The notes below the pieces were generated by a model. The model was not told where the DNA came from and searched no databases. It saw only the letters and a list, made by a program, of their open reading frames with translations. From contig CAWFQL010000012.1 in NCBI GenBank assembly GCA_963817915.1, positions 192,001 through 256,000 on the forward strand: a stretch of 64,000 nt of DNA, given 5' to 3'. Positions 11,077-20,981 of the stretch are shown here, one piece after another. Positions within the stretch are counted from its first letter, which is position 1. Every line of letters starts with the position of its first letter. A program made the translations under genes and the position numbers. Source of the stretch: an uncultured candidate division Zixibacteria bacterium. Its GTDB lineage: Bacteria > Zixibacteria > MSB-5A5 > UBA10806.

Positions 11077-11098
11077 CAATATTATTGATATTCAATTT

Positions 11099-11953
11099 TT
11101 AATTCAAATATGCCCGCAGTGCCTTGGATCGCGATGCGTGGCGCAGTCTGCGGATCGCTTTCTCTTTGATCTGGCGAACCCTTTCGCGAGTCAGCGAGAA
11201 TCTGGCGCCGATCTCTTCCAGAGTGAGCGGCTTCTCATGATTCAAGCCAAAGTAGAGATTAATTACTTCAGCCTCCCGGGGTGTCAATGTATCCAGCGCT
11301 TTTTCGATTTCGATCCGCAATGATTCGGTCAAAAGGGATTCATCCGGCGATGGCTGCATCTCGTCTTCGAGAACATCGATAAGACTGTTATCTTCCGATG
11401 CCGAAAACGGCGCATCCAGCGACAGATGTGAATTCGAAATCTTCAAAGTATCCGATACTTCGCCTTCGGTCAATGACAACTCTTCCGCGATTTCATTTGG
11501 CGATGGTTCCCTGCCGAACTCCTGTTGAAGCGTGGAGGAAACCTTGCCAATCTTGTGAAGAGTGCCGACACGATTCAGCGGCAGCCTTACAATACGCGAT
11601 TGTTCTGCTAATGCCTGAAGTATCGCTTGTCTGATCCACCAGACTGCATAGGAAATAAACTTGAAACCGCGAGTCTCATCAAATCTCTTGGCAGCTTTTA
11701 TCAGACCGATATTACCCTCATTGATGAGGTCGGCGAGTGATAATCCCTGGTTTTGATACTGTTTTGCGACCGAAACAACGAACCGCAGGTTGGCTTTGGT
11801 TAATTTTTCAAGGGCCTTTTGATCTCCGGTCCTTATTCTTTTTGCAAGCTCAACTTCTTCAGCCGCATTAATAAGCGGGGTTTCGCCAATTTCGCGCAGA
11901 TACAGATCTAAAGATTTGTCTTCATCACGGTACCTTCTAGACGTTTTTGCCAA
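11099..11953 (-). CDS. rpoD: RpoD/SigA-family sigma factor lacking region 1.1
   Basis: [42 protein letters not shown]...[11 protein letters not shown] start after AGGAG. Confidence 0.88.
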   Translation of the reverse strand: MAKTSRRYRDEDKSLDLYLREIGETPLINAAEEVELAKRIRTGDQKALEKLTKANLRFVVSVAKQYQNQGLSLADLINEGNIGLIKAAKRFDETRGFKFISYAVWWIRQAILQALAEQSRIVRLPLNRVGTLHKIGKVSSTLQQEFGREPSPNEIAEELSLTEGEVSDTLKISNSHLSLDAPFSASEDNSLIDVLEDEMQPSPDESLLTESLRIEIEKALDTLTPREAEVINLYFGLNHEKPLTLEEIGARFSLTRERVRQIKEKAIRRLRHASRSKALRAYLN

Positions 11954-12044
11954 AAAATCATACTCCTTTCGGACAACTTATTTTAAATCACCCAAGTAGG
12001 GTCACCGTTTACAACCATTACTACAACTGACGGGTTCCATTTAT

Positions 12045-13601
12045 TCATTGCTCTGGACTTACCGCCACAAAGATATTGCCATTGCCTCTCTTTATATAGA
12101 ACGAAATCGGCTTTTTGATGTCCTTCATATCTTTAGCAATTTTATTGAAATCACCCGCATTGGTGACATCTTTCCCGGCGACTTTGAGGACAACATCGCC
12201 AACTCTAAGCCCGGCCTCATCGGAAGGGCTTCCCGGCTGAATTGCAGTAATTAGAGCGCCCGGGCCCGCTTCCAGATTGTAAGTCTTTGCGTTGGAATCT
12301 GTTAGGGTTTCAACATTCAAGCCAAGCCATTTCTCTACCTTTTCACCGGGAGGAATGTTTGACTGACTCTGATTAACATACTTTGCGCGATCGCCGAGCT
12401 TTACTTCAACATTCTTATTCTCGCCATTGCGCCAGATACCCAATCTTATGGTGGAACCAGGGCCCTCGTCGGCAACCAGGAATCTGAACTGCTGGGCGTT
12501 ATTGATCGGCTTGCCATCGAATGTAAGTATAACATCGCCAACTTTCAAAGACGAGTTAGCCGCGGGTGTATCTTTATCTATTTGAGCCACGATTACGCCA
12601 TCGGCTGATGGCAATCCGTTGGCGTCTTTTAATTCAGGGGTTATATCTTGCGGGAAAATACCAAGGTAGCCACGAGTAACGACACCGGAATGCATGAGCT
12701 GATCAGCTACTCCTTTGGCAAGATTAATCGGAATCGCGAAACCAATTCCGATATTCCCACCCGACGGGGTCACTATAGCGGAATTCACACCGATTACCTG
12801 ACCTTTGAGATTCAAAAGCGGTCCGCCGGAATTGCCCGGATTAATTGAGGCATCGGTCTGTATATAATTTTGATACGACGGGTTTTCATCCCCAAATGAC
12901 AATCCTTTGCGGCCCTTAGCGGATACTACTCCGACCGTGACGGTTCTATCGAGCCCGAGATTCGGGAACGGATTTCCAACCGCCATTACCCAATCTCCGA
13001 CTAATATTGAATCGGAATCGCCGAGTTGGATGGTCGGAAAATTGCCGTCGTCCTTAATTTTTAGAACCGCGATATCGGTTTCGTCATCGGAACCGACTAT
13101 TTCGGCCTTGTAGCTCTTTTGATTGGATAATGTCACCGTGACCTTATCCGCACCTTTGACTACGTGATTATTTGTCATCACAAAGCCGTCATTGGAGAAA
13201 ATGAATCCTGAGCCAAGTGATTCGGATCTTCTCATTCTGGGCTCTTGCGGATTGTTGCCTCCCTGATCGGGCGGCGGTGTACCGAAGAATCGTCTGAAAA
13301 AATCATCATCCATGAAATTATGGGCTTTATCTTCCGTGACCGATTCGGCGGAAATATTGACGACCGCGGGGGTAGCGTTTTCGGCTATATGCACAAATGG
13401 CGAATGGCCGGATGTGGACATTATATCATTGTTGGAGCCATAGGAGCCGCTTTCGGTCTCCTTTTGCAGTGTTGGCGACTGTTCCGCCTTCAGTTTGTCT
13501 GGAATCGAAAGGTTCGAGCCGATTATCATTCCCATTAAAGTAAAGATTGCGGCCAGGCCAATTATGGCTATCAAACCCTTATAGTTTCCCCATCTTCTCA
13601 T
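12045..13601 (-). CDS. degP: Do/DegP (HtrA) serine endoprotease with two PDZ domains
   Basis: GSGFI, TNNHVV, DIAVLK, QTDASINPGNSGGPL; N-terminal anchor. Confidence 0.9.
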   Translation of the reverse strand: MRRWGNYKGLIAIIGLAAIFTLMGMIIGSNLSIPDKLKAEQSPTLQKETESGSYGSNNDIMSTSGHSPFVHIAENATPAVVNISAESVTEDKAHNFMDDDFFRRFFGTPPPDQGGNNPQEPRMRRSESLGSGFIFSNDGFVMTNNHVVKGADKVTVTLSNQKSYKAEIVGSDDETDIAVLKIKDDGNFPTIQLGDSDSILVGDWVMAVGNPFPNLGLDRTVTVGVVSAKGRKGLSFGDENPSYQNYIQTDASINPGNSGGPLLNLKGQVIGVNSAIVTPSGGNIGIGFAIPINLAKGVADQLMHSGVVTRGYLGIFPQDITPELKDANGLPSADGVIVAQIDKDTPAANSSLKVGDVILTFDGKPINNAQQFRFLVADEGPGSTIRLGIWRNGENKNVEVKLGDRAKYVNQSQSNIPPGEKVEKWLGLNVETLTDSNAKTYNLEAGPGALITAIQPGSPSDEAGLRVGDVVLKVAGKDVTNAGDFNKIAKDMKDIKKPISFYIKRGNGNIFVAVSPEQ

Positions 13602-13940
13602 TATCTCATACCTCCAATTTGAAAGTAGCTTATCATTTTAATCATTTTTTTCATCTTGTCAACTCATTTCCTTTGTTAATACCCGTATTTTTTTGAAATG
13701 TTCCATTGCCGGACTCAAAATAGACTATTTTATTCCACAATAAATCCACATCAGGCTTAGTCGTTGACATACAATGCGTTACGTTTTGGCAAAGCCGGCT
13801 TGTCAGGCCGGAGGCAATTTTGATTATTTTATATATGGAAATACTCCATTTCTGCCATTATATATACGATAATGAGATTAGCGATTTGTAAACGAACATA
13901 AACGTTTTTAAGCTGTATTAAGAGCTACCAGGGAGATAGA

Positions 13941-15305
13941 ATGAAAAGAATTAGCATTGCTTTGATCATATTAATAGCGTCGTTCGGTGTATCAAATGCC
14001 CAGCAAAAGGGGCTGGAAATATTCGACGAATTGAAATCATTGATTATCTCGGTATCGGATTCAATGAAGCCCGCGGTTGTGCATATCGAGGTAGTCAAAA
14101 AAGAAAATACCGACCGTTACGAAACCATGGGCTCGGGGTTAATTATCGATCCATCCGGGTATATTCTCACTAATGAGCATGTGGTAGATAAAAATATCGA
14201 AATCATGGTGACACTGGAATCGAATCGCGAGTATCGCGCTGACTTAATCGGCAGCGACAAACTCACCGATTTGGCTTTGATAAAGATCAATGTCCCGCCC
14301 GAAGTCAACCTCCACGCCGCCAAGCTCGGCAATTCGGATTCCGTGCAGGTGGGCGAATGGGTGATTGCAGTCGGCAATCCCTATGGCTTTGACCGCAGCG
14401 TATCATTCGGAATTGTATCGGGCAAGGGACGGGTGCTAAATGTGCCCGCGTTGACACCTCTGCTCAATGATTTTATTCAGACCGACGCGGCAATCGCGCC
14501 GGGCTCATCCGGCGGGCCATTGGTAAATCTAAAGAGCGAAGTTATCGGTATTAATTCCCGCGGGCTTGGACAAACACAAGGATTTACTATTCCGATCAAT
14601 ATCGCGATTGAAGTTAAAAACCAGCTATTGGCATCGGGAAGAATCGACCGCGGCTGGCTGGGCGTTATCACTCAGCCCTTGAATCGAAGCTATGCCAAGT
14701 ATCTCGGCAAGCCGGACATGGAAGGCATTCTGATTGCTGATATCATAGACGATTCTCCGGCGCAAAAGGCGGGTCTCAAGATCGGCGATGTTATCCAAAA
14801 ATTCGGGAATGAGACATTGAAGGCGGAAAAAGATGACGATATCAATAAATTTACCTTGATGGTATCGCAGGCACCCGCCGGACAAGAAGATCTGTTGACG
14901 ATTTATCGCGATGGCGAAATCAAAAAGCTAAAAGTCAAAATCGGTCGTCAGCCCAAAGTCAAAGCCGATGAATTCGAGACCAAGCTCGGCTTCACCGCTA
15001 AAGAGATCACCGATGATATGTATCGCAGTTATCTTTTAGAGAGCAGGAACGGTGTCTATGTATCGTATGTCGAAGTCGGCAGCGTGGCGGGGAAGGCTGA
15101 ATTGAATGAGGGCGATATTATTTCGGCGATCGATCATAAGGAAGTCGATGATTTCGCGTCATTCAAGACTGAGATTAATAAGGTATCCAACGACAATTAT
15201 ATTTTGCTTACAGTAATTCGCGGCAAGGAAAAACGATTGGCATTATTGGACAAATCAAGCGTGCCGACCGATACCACCGAGACTATCGAAAAGACCGGCG
15301 AATAG
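13941..15305 (+). CDS. Second HtrA-family trypsin-like protease with two PDZ domains
   Basis: Signal peptide; TNEHVV, DLALIK, TDAAIAPGSSGGPL. Confidence 0.88.
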   Translation: MKRISIALIILIASFGVSNAQQKGLEIFDELKSLIISVSDSMKPAVVHIEVVKKENTDRYETMGSGLIIDPSGYILTNEHVVDKNIEIMVTLESNREYRADLIGSDKLTDLALIKINVPPEVNLHAAKLGNSDSVQVGEWVIAVGNPYGFDRSVSFGIVSGKGRVLNVPALTPLLNDFIQTDAAIAPGSSGGPLVNLKSEVIGINSRGLGQTQGFTIPINIAIEVKNQLLASGRIDRGWLGVITQPLNRSYAKYLGKPDMEGILIADIIDDSPAQKAGLKIGDVIQKFGNETLKAEKDDDINKFTLMVSQAPAGQEDLLTIYRDGEIKKLKVKIGRQPKVKADEFETKLGFTAKEITDDMYRSYLLESRNGVYVSYVEVGSVAGKAELNEGDIISAIDHKEVDDFASFKTEINKVSNDNYILLTVIRGKEKRLALLDKSSVPTDTTETIEKTGE

Positions 15306-15365
15306 GTTGATGTCCGTAATTGTGCGTGGGTTCCTGATATTATCGATGAGAATGGGAGTGGGTAA

Positions 15366-16748
15366 TTGAAAGATCGGCTAACAGAAGAGACGATTCTATT
15401 TCTTAGCATTCTAAAGTGGTTTTTTCTGGCAACAGTAGTTGGCGCGTTAGTCGGTCTCTCTACGACTATATTTTTAAAAGCTCTTAATCTCGCATTTAAA
15501 TTTTCCAGCCAATATTCGCTTTATTTTATTTTATTGCCCGTTGCTTTATTTGTGAGCGTGGTACTGATCAAGTATTTGGCCCCGGACGCTGAAGGTCACG
15601 GCACAGAAAAAGTTATTGAGGCAATTCATAAAAAATCAGGCAAAATTAAGCCGGAAGTAGTTCCGGTGAAGCTTGTCGCGACGGTTATTACGCTCGCCGG
15701 GGGAGGTTCTGTTGGCAAGGAAGGTCCTTGCGCGCAGATCGGTGCCGGGATTTCTTCATTATTTGCCGATCTATTAAAACTTAATGATGTCGATAGAAAA
15801 AAGCTTGTCATCTGCGGAATCAGCGCCGGATTCGCTTCGGTTTTCGGTACGCCTATAGCCGGTGCGATATTCGGAATTGAAGTGCTATTTATTGGCAGTA
15901 TTTTGTATGAAGTTCTATTTCCGTCATTTATAGCGGGAATAACCGCATATGAAATTTCATCATTGTTGGGGATAACTTATTTTAATCATACGATCAATTT
16001 TATACCGGTTTTTAGCGAGTCATTTTTTCTCAAAGTTATAATTGCAGGTATATTCTTCGGGATATGCTCTTTCTTGATGGTTGAGACAATGAATGTCGGC
16101 AAAAAACTTGTTAACAAAATTAAAATCTGGGATCCTTGGAAGGGAATAATAGGCGGCGTAATTTTGATACCCCTGACTTTCGCTGTTTCATCAAAATACC
16201 TTGGCCTCGGGTTGGATACAATACAAACATCTTTGGAGGGCGGCAAGGTGGTCTGGTACGCATTTCTGATGAAGATGCTGTTTACCAGCGTGACTCTTAA
16301 TTTCGGTGGTAGCGGTGGAATTGTCACGCCGCTATTTTTCATCGGAGCGACTTCAGGGGCCCTTTTCGCTCAAATAACAGGATTGCATGTTGCGACTTTC
16401 GCGGCTATCGGACTTGTCGCCGTCGTGGCTGGCGCGGCCAATACGCCAATTGCAGCCAGCATTATGGCGTTGGAATTATTCGGGCCAAAGATTGGGCCAT
16501 ACGCCGCGGTGGCCTGCGTAATAAGCTTCTTAATGACAGGTCATAGAAGCGTATATCCTTCTCAAGTACTGTCGATAAAGAAATCGCCGTCACTTAATGT
16601 AACTCTCGGCAAAGAGATGGAGTTTATCGCGGATGAATTTCAGCCGAGAGTTCATTTAATTAAAAGAGCAAAGATTTATATTAAATTCCTATGGCATGTG
16701 ACGAAGAAAATCGATCGTTCGATTAGATCCGATCATGAAAAAGAATGA
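15366..16748 (+). CDS. ClC-family chloride channel/transporter
   Basis: GHGTE, GSVGKEGPCAQ, FGTPIAG, GGIVTPLF, NTPIAAS; multiple TMs. Confidence 0.9.
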   Translation: MKDRLTEETILFLSILKWFFLATVVGALVGLSTTIFLKALNLAFKFSSQYSLYFILLPVALFVSVVLIKYLAPDAEGHGTEKVIEAIHKKSGKIKPEVVPVKLVATVITLAGGGSVGKEGPCAQIGAGISSLFADLLKLNDVDRKKLVICGISAGFASVFGTPIAGAIFGIEVLFIGSILYEVLFPSFIAGITAYEISSLLGITYFNHTINFIPVFSESFFLKVIIAGIFFGICSFLMVETMNVGKKLVNKIKIWDPWKGIIGGVILIPLTFAVSSKYLGLGLDTIQTSLEGGKVVWYAFLMKMLFTSVTLNFGGSGGIVTPLFFIGATSGALFAQITGLHVATFAAIGLVAVVAGAANTPIAASIMALELFGPKIGPYAAVACVISFLMTGHRSVYPSQVLSIKKSPSLNVTLGKEMEFIADEFQPRVHLIKRAKIYIKFLWHVTKKIDRSIRSDHEKE

Positions 16749-16841
16749 TAATAGAAATCCATATTAGTAGGACATTCCGATTTTATTGAAAAGATTTACA
16801 TCGTCTCTTGATAGGTTTCTGCCGACGCAGCATATTTTTGT

Positions 16842-17591
16842 TCAGTTCCTAATGTAAGTAAATCCTCCCCACGTACCCGTCCCGCCCTGACCTTTGCATG
16901 AGACACTGTGGCCATCGGTAATTGGCAATAATGTGATGAAACCAAAGCCGGTTTGGAGGGATTGAATTTTCACAGGGATATTTTCGGCGGTGAAAATCAA
17001 TTTATCATCGAGGAAGAATTGCGCGGCGTTGTTATTCCTTTCATATACAACAAGGCATTTCAAAAAATCATTCTGTTTAACGGCATAGTCTACTGGTATA
17101 ACCTCGGTAAAGGCTTGTTCAAGTGTAGTCACGCCCGGCATAAAGAGTCTTTCATATATTACCCATACCTTGTGGCCATTGGTGATAATATCGAGCACCA
17201 TTCCTGTAGCGAAATCGAGAACATTGAATGAGCCAAAACCATCGCGATGGTCATCTATGTTGCCGCCATTAATCGAGGCTCGCATGTTGCATGAGAATCC
17301 GATAATGCCATCCGTGCCGGGCTCGAAACTTGACTTAGTGAGATAAAGCTGTTTGGGGTTATCGAAAAATTGAATCTGATCATGCGAGCTTGAAAATGGA
17401 TTTATATCCATCGAAAGCTGATCGCCCTCTAATAATACTTTGGCGTTCTTGTCCTGATACATCCAGAATTTGCCATCACCCAACGGCACACCCGCGATCA
17501 TCCATTGGTCGGAATTGAGTTCGTGACCAGACGCCAATGGTATCGGTACGGCCTTAGCGTTTGCCCTTAATTTTGTTTTGTTGTCATTCAT
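16842..17591 (-). CDS. Hypothetical beta-sandwich protein (possibly DUF6081-like)
   Basis: Full-length ORF with AAGGA SD; FNVLDFATGMVLD...IYERL recalls DUF6081 (from memory, not verified). Confidence 0.55.
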   Translation of the reverse strand: MNDNKTKLRANAKAVPIPLASGHELNSDQWMIAGVPLGDGKFWMYQDKNAKVLLEGDQLSMDINPFSSSHDQIQFFDNPKQLYLTKSSFEPGTDGIIGFSCNMRASINGGNIDDHRDGFGSFNVLDFATGMVLDIITNGHKVWVIYERLFMPGVTTLEQAFTEVIPVDYAVKQNDFLKCLVVYERNNNAAQFFLDDKLIFTAENIPVKIQSLQTGFGFITLLPITDGHSVSCKGQGGTGTWGGFTYIRN

Positions 17592-17710
17592 ATTATTCCT
17601 TTTGATAAGACTTCATTGGAATTTGATGCAATCCTAAAAAACATGGCGGGTAAGATATGGATGGATGAGGGGAGCGCAAGACAAAATTGGGAAAGCAGGT
17701 TAAATCAAGC

Positions 17711-17834
17711 CAGATGCCGCATCAAGTGCGGAATGACAAGAGGGTCCCATCATTCCTGCGAAAACGGGAATCTAGATTTGTAGGGGCATTTGAAAAAAAG
17801 CCTGTTAACAGGGCGTTCAGTTGAACGCCCCTAC
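17711..17834. repeat. Cluster of degenerate REP-like palindromes
   Basis: GCCGCATCAAGTGCGGAATGAC, CATTCCTGCGAAAACGGGAATC, GTAGGGGC (17780) and GGGCGTTCAGTTGAACGCCCCTAC (17811-17834). Confidence 0.6.
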
Positions 17835-17979
17835 TGGAAATTCCCATTGCCGTTAACCACTCCGCTAATTTTTGTTGACTAATCAGAGCGATATGAATTT
17901 ATTGAACGCTTGGCAATGGAATCAATGATGATTCAAATGAGCGCACTATGAAAAAATACAAAATAGCTAATTGGAATTT

Positions 17980-18513
17980 ATGAGAAGCAATAAAAATACG
18001 GCATTGAAATCACGATTGAAAAAAATCGAGCTGCTTGTTTTCGATGTCGATGGCGTTCTGACAGATAATACTGTCTATATGGGCAACGGCAATTCCGAAT
18101 TCAAACGTTTCTGCATAGCCGATGGTATGGCTGTATATATCGCGCGCAGGGCGGGGATCCCGACAGCGTTAATATCCGGTCGGCCGTCATCCGCTACTAT
18201 CGCCCGCGCAAAGGAATTGAAGATAAAAGATCTTTATCAAAAAGGCGGACCGAAGCGGATTCCATTCGAAAAGCTTTTGAAAAAATACAAACTCACCCGC
18301 GATCGGGTCGCCTATATGGGTGATGATGTAATCGATGTCCCCGTGATGAAATTGGCAGGCGTCTCCGCAACAGTTCCGCATGCGCCATCGTATGTAAAGG
18401 CTCACGCGGATATTGTCACCAAACGTGGTGCTGGATTAGGCGCGGCGAGGGAATTTGTGGATATGATTATTTTGGCGAAAGGACTTGATCCTCTTGAGCT
18501 CACTTATAAATAA
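17980..18513 (+). CDS. kdsC: KDO 8-phosphate phosphatase (HAD)
   Basis: VFDVDGVLTD, DGMA, ISGR, YMGDDVID, GAAREFVD. Confidence 0.93.
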   Translation: MRSNKNTALKSRLKKIELLVFDVDGVLTDNTVYMGNGNSEFKRFCIADGMAVYIARRAGIPTALISGRPSSATIARAKELKIKDLYQKGGPKRIPFEKLLKKYKLTRDRVAYMGDDVIDVPVMKLAGVSATVPHAPSYVKAHADIVTKRGAGLGAAREFVDMIILAKGLDPLELTYK

Positions 18514-19456
18514 AGCTAAAGAAGTTATTTTAAAAGAAGCCGAATCGGTCAAGCTGATGGCCGATAGGCTCGATGATAATTTCGATAAGGCTATCGATCT
18601 GCTTTTGAATATCAAAGGCAAGGTAATTATTTCAGGTATCGGGAAATCGGGGCTGGTAGGTCGAAAGATTGCGGCCACATTATCGTCAACAGGCACACCG
18701 GCGTTTTTTATTCATCCATCTGAAGGTATTCATGGCGATATAGGGATGGTTCTTTCGGGTGATGTCGCCATCGTTATCAGCAAATCCGGCGATACCGATG
18801 AGATCATGCGCCTTCTGCCGATCTTTAAGAGACTCGAAGTTCCTATAATCGCCATCACGGGCGGCAACGGGTCCCCGTTGGCGGACGAAGCCGATGTAGT
18901 GCTCGACGCGTCAGTGGATTCCGAAGCCTGTTCGCTTGATCTTATCCCCATGTCATCGGCGACAGCAGCCTTGGTCATGGGGGACGCGTTAGCGGCGGTG
19001 CTCCTGGAATTGCGCGGATTTACAATCGATGATTTTTCGTTCATCCATCCCGGCGGAGTACTTGGGCGAAAGCTTATCAAAGTCAGCGACCTCATGCATA
19101 CCGGCGATGAACTCCCGATAGTTAAGCACAATGCCGGTTTCAAGGACATGGTTCTCGCCATGACTCTGAAGAAATTCGGGCTGGCATTGGTAGTAAATGA
19201 CGATGGCAAACTGAAAGGCATTTTCACCGACGGTGATTTGCGAAGAATAGTTGAATTGCAGGATAACCCGTTCAAGCTGAAGGCCGGAGAGGTCGTGCGC
19301 GGCAATCCGAAGCAGATTTCTGCCGATGAATTAGGCGCAACTGCGGTCGCGATAATGGAAGAATTCAAGATTACCAGTCTCGTAGTGCTTGATGATGACC
19401 ATCGACCAATCGGCTTGATTCATCTTCATGACCTGCTTAAAGCGAAAGTCGTATGA
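18485..19456 (+). CDS. kdsD: Arabinose-5-phosphate isomerase (KpsF/GutQ; SIS plus CBS domains)
   Basis: GIGKSG, STGTPA, HGDIG, SKSG, HPGG; CBS pair; start may be the TTG at 18494. Confidence 0.93.
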   Translation: MILLSSLINKAKEVILKEAESVKLMADRLDDNFDKAIDLLLNIKGKVIISGIGKSGLVGRKIAATLSSTGTPAFFIHPSEGIHGDIGMVLSGDVAIVISKSGDTDEIMRLLPIFKRLEVPIIAITGGNGSPLADEADVVLDASVDSEACSLDLIPMSSATAALVMGDALAAVLLELRGFTIDDFSFIHPGGVLGRKLIKVSDLMHTGDELPIVKHNAGFKDMVLAMTLKKFGLALVVNDDGKLKGIFTDGDLRRIVELQDNPFKLKAGEVVRGNPKQISADELGATAVAIMEEFKITSLVVLDDDHRPIGLIHLHDLLKAKVV

Positions 19457-20397
19457 ATTCATCATTCAAACAGATCAAGAACGATCTCATTTTCGGGCTA
19501 ATAAAGGGGCTTATTATTCTTGTTGAGAGAATGAGACGAGACCTTGCGCTAAAATTGGCTACGATGCTGGGAGAAATCGCCGCCATTCTCGATGGCAAGG
19601 AACGCAGACTGGCAGAAGCCAATCTGAGGCGCGTATACGGATCATCATGGGATGATATCCAAATAAAGCTTGTCGCCAGAGAATGCTTCGTAATGATTTC
19701 CAAAAATATCGCCGATGTAATTCGTTCGCGTAACTGGTCGCCGCAGCAGCTGGAGAAGATGGTTGATGTCGAAGGGATCGAGAATTATGATCAAGCCAAA
19801 AGCAAAGGGAAGGGTGTTGTGGCCGTGACAGGGCACATCGGGAATTTCGAGCTATTGGCGGCCTGGTTTTCTGCTGTTAAAAAAGTGCCGGTCTCGGTGA
19901 TCGGGCGAAAATTATATGACGAACGACTTGATGATCTGGTCGTAGAACATCGAGAGAAGTGGGGCATGGAGAATATACCATCCGACGCGCCGGCCCGACG
20001 TTTTCTCGATGCCCTCAAGCAGGGACGCACGATAGGTGTCTTGATGGATTTGGATTCATCGAAAATCGCGGGATATTTCATACCATTCTTTGGTATCCCG
20101 GCAAAAACGGCGGCGGGTCCGGTTTTCATCGCGAGGAGGGCGGAAAGCCCGCTCCTTCCAGTAGCATTATACAGAACTGAGAATGATAGATTTCTTTTGA
20201 AAGTTTGGCCGATGTTCGAAGCGTCGGTTACCGACAATAAAGAAGACGATATTAAATCAGCATTATTGCGATGCAATAAGGCGATAGAGGAAATGATAAA
20301 TTACGATCCCACTCAATGGGCCTGGATTCATAATCGCTGGAAAAGCAAACCATCGAGCGCGGAAAACGTAAAAGGGATTTTGGAGGAAGTTGTTTGA
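19453..20397 (+). CDS. Lipid A late acyltransferase (LpxL/HtrB family)
   Basis: HIGNFE, FFG, QWAWIHNRWK; LPS operon context. Confidence 0.88.
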   Translation: MNSSFKQIKNDLIFGLIKGLIILVERMRRDLALKLATMLGEIAAILDGKERRLAEANLRRVYGSSWDDIQIKLVARECFVMISKNIADVIRSRNWSPQQLEKMVDVEGIENYDQAKSKGKGVVAVTGHIGNFELLAAWFSAVKKVPVSVIGRKLYDERLDDLVVEHREKWGMENIPSDAPARRFLDALKQGRTIGVLMDLDSSKIAGYFIPFFGIPAKTAAGPVFIARRAESPLLPVALYRTENDRFLLKVWPMFEASVTDNKEDDIKSALLRCNKAIEEMINYDPTQWAWIHNRWKSKPSSAENVKGILEEVV

Positions 20398-20981
20398 TCA
20401 GGATTGGCAGTGTTTCAATTTTGGCGATAATGTTAATTTCGGCAGCCTGCAGTAGAACAGACAAGGCCCCCGGGACGCCATCTTCTGCGAGGGTGCCGGA
20501 CTCGATTTTGGAAAAGGCTAAAATTATTTTGACATCCGCGGGGAAACGGCAGGCGGTAATTACGGCCGATACGCTATTTGTTTATGATAAAGAGGATTCT
20601 ACCATAGCGAAAAATGTCAAAGTTGATTTTTATAATGACAACGGCGAATATCAATCGACCCTGACATCGAAAGAGGGTCTGGTTCGTCAAAAGAAGCAGG
20701 CGTTCTCTGTCTGGGGCGATGTGGTAGTTGAAAACGATACGGCTCGGCTCGACACTCAATCATTGAATTGGGACCCTGAAAAGAATTTGATCACGACACA
20801 AGATTATGTGAAGCTCAATCGCAATGGTGATATTATCACCGGCTATGGAATGGAAGCCGACAACAGGCTTTCGGATGTCAGAATTCTGAGCAATGTATCG
20901 GGAAAGATCAAGGAAGTTCCCCAGTCAGAGCAAGCGTTGGACAGCCTCGAACGGGGGAAATCCAAGGAGGAGATTCCATGA
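20394..20981 (+). CDS. lptC: LPS export periplasmic protein LptC
   Basis: N-terminal hydrophobic segment with [12 protein letters not shown]...ITGYGMEAD jellyroll signature; directly upstream of lptB. Confidence 0.82.
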   Translation: MIRIGSVSILAIMLISAACSRTDKAPGTPSSARVPDSILEKAKIILTSAGKRQAVITADTLFVYDKEDSTIAKNVKVDFYNDNGEYQSTLTSKEGLVRQKKQAFSVWGDVVVENDTARLDTQSLNWDPEKNLITTQDYVKLNRNGDIITGYGMEADNRLSDVRILSNVSGKIKEVPQSEQALDSLERGKSKEEIP

